Notes under the pieces: model-generated | Database searches by the model: none | What the model saw: the letters and a program-made list of their open reading frames with translations, nothing else | Told to the model about the DNA's origin: nothing | In this document: one piece after another, positions 10,150 to 18,652 of the stretch | How the letters are laid out: the number at the start of each line of letters is the position of its first letter | Position numbering within the stretch: position 1 is the stretch's first letter | Assembly: GCA_001771545.1 (NCBI GenBank) | Contig: MEUC01000007.1 | Span: 8,030-72,029, forward strand | DNA: 64,000 bases | Direction: 5' to 3' | Source of the DNA: a candidate division WOR-1 bacterium RIFOXYB2_FULL_42_35 | Lineage (GTDB): Bacteria; Margulisbacteria; WOR-1; O2-12-FULL-45-9 | Translations under genes and position numbers: made by a program

Positions 10150-10255
10150 AATGAAAATATATCATATTTTAGGCTAAAATGCATGCAAGAATTTGCTCTT
10201 TAAACCCGATATACAATGTATAGAGAATCGCCTATTTTGACCAAAAGCAATTTTG

Positions 10256-10284
10256 GGCTGAAAGTGAAATTTCAGCCTATTTTT
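10256..10284 (+). terminator. orphan terminator-like hairpin in the argF / kinase divergent region
   Basis: GGCTGAAA-GTGAAA-TTTCAGCC followed by TATTTTT on the plus strand. No plus-strand gene lies upstream of it. Confidence 0.4.
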
Positions 10285-10326
10285 AACGATATATAGGTAG
10301 GAAGAGTAGATTCTCGGAGAAGAACT

Positions 10327-11847
10327 ATGAATGCACAACCATTAAGAAGAGCCGCTTCTGCATCTCGCCCACCATGCTATGCAAAAAGAAACGTTGAAGC
10401 TGAAACAAGACTGTCTCGTCCGGTAAAGTCGGCAAGACCATTGCCAACAGATCCTGTTGACCCGCAAGGAGAGACTTTTTATGTTTCAAAAAGCCAGTTA
10501 GCCAGTCTTAGCCTGGTTCCTGCACAAGAAGCTTTACCCAGGTCAGTCGACCTAGTTGGACAGGATGACACAATCCTGAACACACCCCTTCCCTTTATTC
10601 CTGAAGAGGTTCCTAATTTATCAGGGGAATCACCAACAAAGATTTTTCCTCCGGAACCGGAGCTTACAGACAACAAACTCCCCTTACTTGTACCGGGAAC
10701 AACCATTAAGAGGTTTAGCATTCTAAGGGAACTTGGCCGGGGGGGCATGGGAATTGTTTATCTGGTGGAAGATCTTTCTTCTGGAGCAAAAGCTGCCTTA
10801 AAATTTATGGCAGCTCATTGTCGTCATGTTTATAGAGCCGAACGAAACACTACTTTCTTACTTAGAAGAGACCCTAACAGTCCGGAAAAAAGTCGTCTTC
10901 TGGCCTATGGCGATGCAACTGAAGTTCATCTTTTTCTTGATCCTAGGATAGGTTATTACGTAATCCCTTTTATTGAAGGTCAAAATCTAGCAGAAAAAAT
11001 AGATGTGTGTCCACTTAGCCTTTCGGAAGCCTTACATTACTTGAAATCAACCATCCAAGACCTGTTACGCAATAATGAAGATAACGTAGAAACGCAAGGG
11101 GACTTAAAACCAGAAAACCTGATTATTGATAGATTTGATCAAATCCATATAATTGATAATGGTCTGGCTCAAATAAGTAGGGAAGAAATAAAGGAAGGGT
11201 CTATTATGGGAACTCCCAGTTATATGGCACCAGAACAATTTAGAGGAGCAAAACCTTCAGAAAAAACAGACCTGTATGCCTTGGGGCTTATCTTCTCGGA
11301 AATGCTTACAGGGGAAGATGGTTTTGGAGGAAAAAGTTTTGGAAAGATTATGTGGGAAAAGCACCTACTGACTCGCTTGCCCGTTCCACACACGGTCGAA
11401 ACAACCGAAACAATTAAACCGGTACTTGATCGTCTGCTGGCTAAATTAACCGCTAATAACCCTAACGACAGATATGATAGCCTTGAAGAGGCCATGGAAG
11501 ACGTAGAACTACTTGAATATTTATTGAAAAATCCCAATATCTCAATTAATGATAATCGCCCTCTCAAGGTTTCATTAGAAGAAATCCCCCGGGCAAAACA
11601 AGCCCTAGAACACACTCCAAAAGTTACAACTTTAGGTCGGACTAAAGTTGTAATCGGGAACTTTCGTCCAGAAGTGGCAAAAGCCCCAAATGTGATCACC
11701 CCGGAAGAAGCAGTTTCTTTTGGAACAGATACAATATTAGTCCCGGCAGATAAGTTAAGCGGATTATTAGCAAAAGCAAATGATCCAGAAGAGAAAACTA
11801 ACCTTGTTTCCCCTCTTCCCTTTGTTGGGAAGCAAAAGGTTGTCTAA
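10327..11847 (+). CDS. Ser/Thr protein kinase-like protein with degenerate catalytic motifs
   Basis: Has G-loop GRGGMG, beta3 Lys (AALKF), GTPSYMAPE and DLYALG. However, QGDLKPEN replaces HRDLKPEN and DNG replaces DFG. A long disordered N-terminus precedes the domain. GGAGA SD. Confidence 0.75.
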   Translation: MNAQPLRRAASASRPPCYAKRNVEAETRLSRPVKSARPLPTDPVDPQGETFYVSKSQLASLSLVPAQEALPRSVDLVGQDDTILNTPLPFIPEEVPNLSGESPTKIFPPEPELTDNKLPLLVPGTTIKRFSILRELGRGGMGIVYLVEDLSSGAKAALKFMAAHCRHVYRAERNTTFLLRRDPNSPEKSRLLAYGDATEVHLFLDPRIGYYVIPFIEGQNLAEKIDVCPLSLSEALHYLKSTIQDLLRNNEDNVETQGDLKPENLIIDRFDQIHIIDNGLAQISREEIKEGSIMGTPSYMAPEQFRGAKPSEKTDLYALGLIFSEMLTGEDGFGGKSFGKIMWEKHLLTRLPVPHTVETTETIKPVLDRLLAKLTANNPNDRYDSLEEAMEDVELLEYLLKNPNISINDNRPLKVSLEEIPRAKQALEHTPKVTTLGRTKVVIGNFRPEVAKAPNVITPEEAVSFGTDTILVPADKLSGLLAKANDPEEKTNLVSPLPFVGKQKVV

Positions 11848-11865
11848 GATTTCCAAGGAGAAACT

Positions 11866-13185
11866 ATGGCATCGTTAAGATCAATACAACCAAAGGAGCC
11901 ACAAACACCCAGGACAACACAAAAAAAAACAATCCATCGAAGCAACCCTAACCCACTAAGGGTTCCAATTGGAGAAATAGCCTCTTTAGAAGGAAAAATA
12001 GTCACAAGGCCAGTAGACGGAGAGGGAATTGTTTATTTAAGAAAAGGTGATTTAGTTAGAAATAAAAAGACCTCTCCAGATGGCAAAACATATTATGAAA
12101 CCTACAGGATAGAACAAGAACTTGGCCGTGGCGGCGCCGGCGCTGCTTATCTAGTAACACATATGGAATCAGGCTGGGAAGCTACTTTAAAAATAATGCC
12201 CAGAGATGCCCCGGCTAAAAACCCCCGAGCCCTGGGCCCAACTACTTTTGTTAGAGAAAAAACCGCTTTAGGTCAACTCCCTTCACATCGTGGGCTCCCT
12301 AGCCTTTTTGATCATGGCATTATTGGCAACCATCAATATCTTGTTATTAAACATTTTGAGGGCCACTCTTTGCGTAAAACACTTAGAGAACAAGGCCCCT
12401 TGCCAATAGCCGATGTTCTCGATTTGGGCATTGAAATATTAAGTGCTTTAATCGCAGCTAACGAGGCCGGGATCATTCATCGCGACATTAAGCCGGCCAA
12501 TATTATTGTCGGATCCAAAAAAGGCCCTGGCCGTTTTGCCATATTAGATTTTGGAGTTGCCAAGATAATTGATCATGAAGAACTGTTGGCCCTGGAATAT
12601 AGCCAAAAAGGCCACAGAAGAATAATGGGATCTGAGGGTTATATGTCTCCAGACCAGCAAAGAGGCAACACAGATATATATTCAGACCTTTTCAGTCTTG
12701 GGGCAACCCTTTATCAAGCTTTCACCGGCAAAAGACCTCAAAAAGGAACAAGCTCCTTTACAATTATACCCGGCGAAGTAAGCGAGGAAAATCTACCCAC
12801 ACAAACCCTTACTGCCTTCCAAGAAGCACTAAATACCATGACTGGAACAAATACCAATTTTAGACCATCACCCGCTGAAATGCTGTCAGACTTAAGGCAA
12901 ATAAAATCCCGATTAGACTTAAGGCGAAGAACTCTTAGTACTGAGCCCGGAAGCATTCCCACAATACAACCAACAACTTTTACCAAAGTTCCAGAACCGA
13001 GCCCAACAACCAAAACAAGGATAGAATCCAAACCTGTTATTACAGCTCGAGAACCGGAAGAAAGTCAGACCATTATGGTAAAGGCTGACCAACCTGTCGC
13101 TAAAGTAGCGGCTAAGCCACAAGCCCCTGCTTATTCGGAAGATAAAACTAGAGATTTAAGGCGTGGGAGCGATTCAGCTAGTTAA
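11866..13185 (+). CDS. Ser/Thr protein kinase (canonical Hanks type)
   Basis: Contains GRGGAG, TLKIM, IIHRDIKPANII, LDFGVAK and GSEGYMSPDQ. The tail is Pro/Thr-rich, with no obvious TM or PASTA segment. Confidence 0.85.
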   Translation: MASLRSIQPKEPQTPRTTQKKTIHRSNPNPLRVPIGEIASLEGKIVTRPVDGEGIVYLRKGDLVRNKKTSPDGKTYYETYRIEQELGRGGAGAAYLVTHMESGWEATLKIMPRDAPAKNPRALGPTTFVREKTALGQLPSHRGLPSLFDHGIIGNHQYLVIKHFEGHSLRKTLREQGPLPIADVLDLGIEILSALIAANEAGIIHRDIKPANIIVGSKKGPGRFAILDFGVAKIIDHEELLALEYSQKGHRRIMGSEGYMSPDQQRGNTDIYSDLFSLGATLYQAFTGKRPQKGTSSFTIIPGEVSEENLPTQTLTAFQEALNTMTGTNTNFRPSPAEMLSDLRQIKSRLDLRRRTLSTEPGSIPTIQPTTFTKVPEPSPTTKTRIESKPVITAREPEESQTIMVKADQPVAKVAAKPQAPAYSEDKTRDLRRGSDSAS

Positions 13186-13866
13186 AGGCAAGATTGTTGC
13201 GCTGCGGCCAAATCCTTCAGCAAATAGAGATCCGTTTTTAATTGCAATAAGTTCAACCTGAGCAATATCATCAAAAGCACTAAGAAGGTTGTGCTTAGCT
13301 GTCCTTAATTGCTCATGGGTAAAAGAACCTAAATCAACCCCATAAAATTTAAAGTATAACAGCAAGTTGGTTCTGGAAAAATCAGCCTCTAAGTTTTTTT
13401 CAGCATCCTGAATTAATCTTTTTTGAGTATTGGGCAGGCCAACAGCCTTAATCTCCTCAGAAGTCCTGAGATATAAGAGATTGCCTCGAGGGGAAATCCC
13501 CCCCATTAATCGATGGGGCCTCAACACTGCAACTAAATCTCTTTCAATTTCATCTATTTCTGTGCCAGCATCCGCACAATCCAACACATTAATTAAATGG
13601 ACAAAAAGACCATTGTCATCTTCTGGTTGGTTAGAAAGAATATCAAACGCCAGACTAGTAATTAAAACTATGCGGGCTAGGAGTTTGTCTATATGCCGAT
13701 CTGGAAAGCTTCTTTCCAAGCCAACTGGCCTACCTGACCGACAAAAAAGTCCTGACATAACCTGGCTATCACTTTTAGAATAAGGTGGGGTTTTTTCCTG
13801 TTTACGCACCCAAACTAAACCTTCTATCGGTTTACACATAAATATTCCTTTACTATAATCTAGCAA
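13174..13866 (-). CDS. hypothetical protein
   Basis: Long ORF with no motif I recognise. The track start is TTG. ATG at 13839 with an AAGGAA SD is more likely. It is convergent with the kinase gene and overlaps it by 12 nt. Confidence 0.45.
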   Translation of the reverse strand: MLDYSKGIFMCKPIEGLVWVRKQEKTPPYSKSDSQVMSGLFCRSGRPVGLERSFPDRHIDKLLARIVLITSLAFDILSNQPEDDNGLFVHLINVLDCADAGTEIDEIERDLVAVLRPHRLMGGISPRGNLLYLRTSEEIKAVGLPNTQKRLIQDAEKNLEADFSRTNLLLYFKFYGVDLGSFTHEQLRTAKHNLLSAFDDIAQVELIAIKNGSLFAEGFGRSATILPLTS

Positions 13867-13942
13867 CTATTCATCGACAACAAAAATAAATAATTTCAAC
13901 TTATTTGGGTTTTCAGAAGATTAAGCTAATCAGAAGATTTAT

Positions 13943-14806
13943 TTACGACAGCTGTTTCAATATCTCGGAGATCGGCCCGGCCTGATTCATCACAAAGAAG
14001 TGGAGCCCCGGAACTTTAGCATCCTGCAATTCTTGACACTGTCTAACCGCATGCTCTATGCCAATTTTCTTAATAGCTTCATTATCATCTTGATTTTTCT
14101 CCAGTTGAGTTAACAGCTCCTTAGGAATGGATGCCCCGCAGATAGAGGTCATCTTGCGTAATAATTTATAGTTGGTGATCGGCATGATCCCTGGAATAAT
14201 TGGCACACAGATCCCGGCGTCGCGACACTTTCTGACAAAATCAAAATAGACTCCATTGTCAAAAAACAATTGGGTCACAATATAGTCAGCCCCGGCCTCA
14301 ACTTTTCTTTTTAAATATTTTATGTCGGACTCAAGATTTGGCGCTTCAGGATGTTTTTCCGGATAACCGGCTACTCCCAAACAAATAAAAGGATAAAGCT
14401 CTTTAATAAAAGCCACTAACTCACAGGCATGCCGACAACCATCGGCTGGAGAAGCTTTTTCTACCAGCCCTTCAGGAATATCACCTCGTAAAGCCAGAAT
14501 ATTTTCTACCCCAATATTAACCAATTCTTTAACTTTAGTATTGATATCTTCTCTACTTGAGGCCACACAGGTTAGGTGGGCTACCGGAGCAATCCCAAAC
14601 TTATCTTTTATATCCTTAACCCAACGAAAAGATTGGCCGGCACTTGTTCCTAACGCTCCGTAAGTAACAGAGACATAATCCGGATTAAAGTCTTTAAGTT
14701 GGGCAATCACCTCAAAAAGACGAGCCTCTTGCTCTGCGGTTTTAGGCGGAAAAAACTCAAAAGATAACGTGGGCTGACCTTTTTGCAGTGCTTCGCTAAC
14801 TTTCAT
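13943..14806 (-). CDS. metF: methylenetetrahydrofolate reductase
   Basis: LSFEFFPPKT and VTYGALG with MTHFR-type TIM-barrel layout, 287 aa. Confidence 0.9.
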   Translation of the reverse strand: MKVSEALQKGQPTLSFEFFPPKTAEQEARLFEVIAQLKDFNPDYVSVTYGALGTSAGQSFRWVKDIKDKFGIAPVAHLTCVASSREDINTKVKELVNIGVENILALRGDIPEGLVEKASPADGCRHACELVAFIKELYPFICLGVAGYPEKHPEAPNLESDIKYLKRKVEAGADYIVTQLFFDNGVYFDFVRKCRDAGICVPIIPGIMPITNYKLLRKMTSICGASIPKELLTQLEKNQDDNEAIKKIGIEHAVRQCQELQDAKVPGLHFFVMNQAGPISEILKQLS

Positions 14807-16318
14807 TTATTTATCCAATATCTTTACTTCTTCTTCACTCGGTTGACTTCTAGCCAACGGTTTCATATGTGGGAACAACAAAACATCTCTAATAGACGCT
14901 TGATTAGTTAAAATCATCACTAGTCGATCAATCCCGATCCCTAAACCACCAGTTGGCGGCATACCATATTCTAAAGCCCGCAAGAAATCTTCATCCATCG
15001 ATTCTGCTTCTTCGTCCCCAGCAGCTTTGAGTTCAGCTTGTTTTTTGAAACGCTCGGCTTGATCAATCGGATCATTTAACTCGGAAAAAGCATTGGCCAG
15101 TTCCATCCCGGCAATAATTAATTCGAAACGTTCAACCTGCCCCTCTTTTGAACGATGTTTTTTAGCCAAGGGAGAGGTTTCAATTGGATGGTCAATAATA
15201 AAAGTTGGCTGACGCAAATCCGCTTCCACAAATTTGTCATAAAGTGTATTAATAATCTTACCAACCCCAAGTTTTTCTGTCCCCTCAACCCCTTTTTGCT
15301 TGGCAATGGCTCTAATTTCTGCTTCACTCTTACCGGCAATATCAATCCCCTTTTCTTTCAAAGCATCAATCAAGGTAATTCTCTTCCAAGGAGTAGCTAG
15401 GTTGATTTTTTCACCTTTGTACTCAATTTCTAAAGTGCCTAAGATTTCCTGAGCCGCAGTTACAATAATATCTTCGGTTAATTTCATCACATCATTGTAA
15501 TCAGCGTAGGCCTGATATATCTCAATAATACTAAACTCCGGATTATGCTTATAAGAGATCCCTTCGTTGCGGAAAACACGACCAAGTTCAAAAACCTTTT
15601 CAAAGCCACCAACTATTAGGCGCTTTAAATAAAGCTCCGGGGCAATCCTTAAAAATAACGGCATATCTAAAGCATCGTGATGGGTTGTAAATGGTTTGGC
15701 CGCTGCCCCACCCTGCATTACGTGTAGAAGTGGAGTTTCAACCTCAAGAAAGCCTTTATTTTCCAGAAATTTTCTAATCAGAGAAACAATTTTTGATCTT
15801 TTCACAAAAACATCTTTAACCTCTTGGTTAACCATTAAATCAACATAGCGTTCGCGATAACGCAATTCTTTATCCTGCAAACCATGCCATTTTTCCGGCA
15901 GAGGATGAAGGGATTTACAAAGCATGGTAAAGTCTGCAACCTTAACTGTTAGCTCGCCCGTTTTTGTGCGAAAAACATGCCCTTTGATCCCGATGATATC
16001 TCCCATATCCAACTTGCGGTAAATATCGTACTTTGCGCCAATCACATCTTCTCGGGCATAGATTTGGATGCGGCCGGTTTCGTCCTGAAGATGGCCAAAA
16101 GAGGCCTTGCCGTGACCGCGCTTGGTCATCAAGCGACCGGCCAGGGAAACTTCTTCTTCGGCCTGCTCCCCTTCTTTAATATCTTTGAACTTAGTGAGAA
16201 CTTCGGCCGCTGTGATAGAGGCTTCGTAAGTATAAGGAAAGGGATTTATCCCTTTATCCCTTAGTTCGTCCAATTTGTCACGTCTAACTTTTAATAATTC
16301 GCTTAATTCTTCTGACAT
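14807..16318 (-). CDS. lysS: lysyl-tRNA synthetase (class II)
   Basis: An OB anticodon-binding domain is followed by class II motifs (FRNEG, GGLGIGIDRLVM). Confidence 0.95.
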   Translation of the reverse strand: MSEELSELLKVRRDKLDELRDKGINPFPYTYEASITAAEVLTKFKDIKEGEQAEEEVSLAGRLMTKRGHGKASFGHLQDETGRIQIYAREDVIGAKYDIYRKLDMGDIIGIKGHVFRTKTGELTVKVADFTMLCKSLHPLPEKWHGLQDKELRYRERYVDLMVNQEVKDVFVKRSKIVSLIRKFLENKGFLEVETPLLHVMQGGAAAKPFTTHHDALDMPLFLRIAPELYLKRLIVGGFEKVFELGRVFRNEGISYKHNPEFSIIEIYQAYADYNDVMKLTEDIIVTAAQEILGTLEIEYKGEKINLATPWKRITLIDALKEKGIDIAGKSEAEIRAIAKQKGVEGTEKLGVGKIINTLYDKFVEADLRQPTFIIDHPIETSPLAKKHRSKEGQVERFELIIAGMELANAFSELNDPIDQAERFKKQAELKAAGDEEAESMDEDFLRALEYGMPPTGGLGIGIDRLVMILTNQASIRDVLLFPHMKPLARSQPSEEEVKILDK

Positions 16319-16503
16319 TAAATTTCCCCATCTTTCAATTTATTCATGGCAATGCGTGAAGCCTCTGGCTGGAAACGTCTTAAAAAATTATGCATATTTA
16401 TGAACCATTCTAACCTTTGCCCATAACTCAACTTAGAAAATTCCAGTAATTTCTCATCTTCAATTATATAACTATAACCCTTTTGTTTGTTTTTATGCTG
16501 CAT
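16318..16503 (-). CDS. small hypothetical protein (61 aa), partner of the upstream nucleotidyltransferase-fold gene
   Basis: The ATG lies 1 nt after the NTase stop. The stop overlaps the lysS ATG (TAATG). No family recognised. Confidence 0.4.
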   Translation of the reverse strand: MQHKNKQKGYSYIIEDEKLLEFSKLSYGQRLEWFINMHNFLRRFQPEASRIAMNKLKDGEI

Positions 16504-16504
16504 T

Positions 16505-17017
16505 TTAAAGTTCCTTCAATCGTTTTAAAGTCTGGATATCTGATAAGTCTTGCGGCCGGCCGGCAATTTTTTTTAGTTTGACCAAGTTTGCTTCTGAGAC
16601 CACTGAAAGTTTTGCTCCCCACTGTTCTATCGTTACTCTTTTGGCATAAGCCTTTTTAAAATCTATCAGATCACTAATCATAATATCAACAACCATAAAT
16701 GGATCGTCAGGATGTTGAAAAGAAAATGCCTTCATGTTTTTCTTTTCCCGCCAATAATTTCTTTTTTTCTTGTCTGCCAATTCTATTGGTGCGACTGGCA
16801 CTTTGGGCTGATAGCCTAATTTTTTCATAATGCCAATAAATTTACTAATATTTCCTTTGGTCATTAAGAGCATCAAATCAATATCCCCAGTTGACCTGGG
16901 AACACCATAAATAATTGCCGCTAATCCCCCAATCAATAAATAACGAACACCCTCTTTGTCCAGCAACCGAAAAATATCCTCATAATGTAGTTTTTTAATT
17001 CTATCCCATTTCCACAT
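16505..17017 (-). CDS. minimal nucleotidyltransferase-fold protein (AbiEii/MNT-like)
   Basis: GGLAAIIYGVPRSTGDIDLML fits the G-x(n)-D-x-D polymerase-beta NTase motif. The C-terminal GRPQDLSDIQTL is also compatible. It overlaps the coaX stop by 17 nt. Confidence 0.55.
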   Translation of the reverse strand: MWKWDRIKKLHYEDIFRLLDKEGVRYLLIGGLAAIIYGVPRSTGDIDLMLLMTKGNISKFIGIMKKLGYQPKVPVAPIELADKKKRNYWREKKNMKAFSFQHPDDPFMVVDIMISDLIDFKKAYAKRVTIEQWGAKLSVVSEANLVKLKKIAGRPQDLSDIQTLKRLKEL

Positions 17018-17774
17018 AATCAGCTATTATCCTCAAGCCCTTCAAGGTCAACTTGTCATCTATTCTATCAACAACCGTCGTGTACTTGCAAATCAGCTGG
17101 GCTAATCCCCCCGTTGCAATGACTTTGATTTTCTGTTTTGAATTTTGAAATTTGGAATTAGAATTTGTTTGTAACTTGTAATTTGTAATTTGTAATTTGA
17201 TCCTATGAACCATCCCCTCCACCATCGCCACATACCCATAGACCAGCCCACTCTGCATGGCCGATTTTGTATCATTCCCAATCACTCGCTTGGGTGCTTC
17301 GATCTCTATCTTGGGCAGTTTTTCAGTCTGTTCATAGAGTGCATCGCGGGCTAGCGAAATCCCCGGGGCAATTACTCCACCAAGGTAAGCTCCTTCGGCT
17401 GAAACGACATCAAAGGTCGTGGCTGTGCCAAAGTCTATTATAATAGTGGGACCGCCAAATAACTTATAGGCTGCCAGGGCATCGACTACCCTATCGGAAC
17501 CGATCTCTTTTTTGTTTTTTAAGCTGACGATAAGACCGGGAATATTTTCTGCTGTCACAAAAAATGGCTGACAGCCAAACTTCTTTTTCAAAACTAATTT
17601 TAGTTGTCGATTAAGCGAAGGAACAACACTGGCAACTACTATCGAGTCAATCTTTTTGCCTATCTTGGGCGGACGATAATCTTCTGTCGGATAGCGCCAC
17701 TCAGAAACCAGCTTCTTCCTCTTAAAAAGGCCAAAGACTATATTGGTGTTACCGGCGTCAACTGTTAAGAGCAT
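17001..17774 (-). CDS. coaX: type III pantothenate kinase
   Basis: Contains MLLTVDAGNTN, DFGTATTFD and VIATGGLA. I start at ATG 17774, because the track's 18-aa extension runs into an upstream GC hairpin. Confidence 0.9.
   Translation of the reverse strand: MLLTVDAGNTNIVFGLFKRKKLVSEWRYPTEDYRPPKIGKKIDSIVVASVVPSLNRQLKLVLKKKFGCQPFFVTAENIPGLIVSLKNKKEIGSDRVVDALAAYKLFGGPTIIIDFGTATTFDVVSAEGAYLGGVIAPGISLARDALYEQTEKLPKIEIEAPKRVIGNDTKSAMQSGLVYGYVAMVEGMVHRIKLQITNYKLQTNSNSKFQNSKQKIKVIATGGLAQLICKYTTVVDRIDDKLTLKGLRIIADYVEMG
17124..17203 (-). repeat. word-repeat element translated in frame inside coaX
   Basis: TTGATTTTCTGTTTTGAATTTTGAAATTTGGAATTAGAATTTGTTTGTAACTTGTAATTTGTAATTTGTAATTTGATC encodes KLQITNYKLQTNSNSKFQNSKQK. 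Confidence 0.85.
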
Positions 17775-17875
17775 AGTTATATTATAACACCTCACCCCTG
17801 CCTGCCGACCCGCTTCGCCGCGAGGCAAGCAGGCAGGCCCATCTACATTAAGCCCTCCGACTTTTTTTTACCTCA

Positions 17876-17950
17876 CCCCCCTCTCTGATCAAGAGAGGGG
17901 GGAACAACAAACCAATAAATAAGGAAAACCCAAACAAGGGGGTGAGTTAA
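17876..17950. repeat. GC-hairpin element copy A
   Basis: CCCCCCTCTCT-GATCA-AGAGAGGGGGG (17876-17902) plus GGGGGTGAGTTAA (17938-17950). Confidence 0.8.
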
Positions 17951-18086
17951 GATAAATAGCTAGGGTTGAGAGTTCCAAAAATTACTAAAAAAGTTTTTTC
18001 TAAAAACTTTTGAAAATGGTGAAATTTTTTTAAAAAGGTATCGATATAGGATTGGAGCCAAACAAATAGAAAGGGGGAAAACGAAA

Positions 18087-18347
18087 ATGGTAGAAATCGG
18101 CGGGGTAGTTTTTTCTAGATTTGGGAGACAAAGAGTAGACCAGTATACCTGGTTAAGTCAGATGGCCGATGGAGTTACAGTTCGAACAAAAGGCGGGAAA
18201 TTAGCAACCATTAAAAAAGTAGGTAAAGACTCTGTTGAAGCTTTCTACTACCAAAGGGGACATGAAGTTAGAACCACTCTAACCTTCAGGGATATAGATT
18301 GGTCTAGTGGAGCAAGTGCTGCAAGCCTAACGATCTTGGATACCTAA
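18087..18347 (+). CDS. hypothetical protein (86 aa)
   Basis: A GGGGGA SD precedes the ATG. No family recognised. Confidence 0.4.
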   Translation: MVEIGGVVFSRFGRQRVDQYTWLSQMADGVTVRTKGGKLATIKKVGKDSVEAFYYQRGHEVRTTLTFRDIDWSSGASAASLTILDT

Positions 18348-18352
18348 CAGTC

Positions 18353-18646
18353 TTGGATTATGATAATATGACCAACAAACCATTTATAGTCAGAATAGTT
18401 AGTCCGACAGAAGAGCCGGCTCTTCCCAAGGCTGATATTCCGGCAATAAAGCCAGTCAAAAACAAAAATGATATTTTTGGTAAACAGAGCAGGATCATTA
18501 GTGGCTCTACCCTTGGTTTTGCCGCCGGTTTAATTGTTTATATGATGCTAAAACTTAACGGCGTTGACTTAGGCAGAGTCGAATCATCCTTTATAATCGG
18601 CATGCCATCTTTTCTTGGGGTTATGACTTCGTTGGTAATGTTTTAA
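18353..18646 (+). CDS. small membrane protein (97 aa)
   Basis: Two hydrophobic segments (LGFAAGLIVYMML and IIGMPSFLGVMTSLVMF). The start codon is uncertain (TTG 18353 or ATG 18368). Confidence 0.4.
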   Translation: MDYDNMTNKPFIVRIVSPTEEPALPKADIPAIKPVKNKNDIFGKQSRIISGSTLGFAAGLIVYMMLKLNGVDLGRVESSFIIGMPSFLGVMTSLVMF

Positions 18647-18652
18647 TCCGGC

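Noticed and set aside
10150-10175. ARG box (ArgR/AhrC operator) upstream of argF: AATGAAAATATATCATAT
   Set aside because: It resembles TGAAT-N4-ATTCA, but the arms are one nucleotide too close and the region is generally AT-rich. A second half-site is not convincing, and no argR gene is in the window.
17775-17828. N-terminal extension of coaX (MPRGEAGRQAGVRCYNIT) from the ORF track
   Set aside because: The extension is read through a GC-rich hairpin/repeat region. The conserved CoaX N-terminus starts at MLLTVDAGNTN (ATG 17774).
17829-17875. Hairpin CTGCCTGC...GCAGGCAG upstream of coaX as a terminator or riboswitch
   Set aside because: It has no flanking T-run on either strand and no recognisable aptamer. 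It is probably another member of the miscellaneous GC-hairpin repeats, and a single copy in the window is too little to call.
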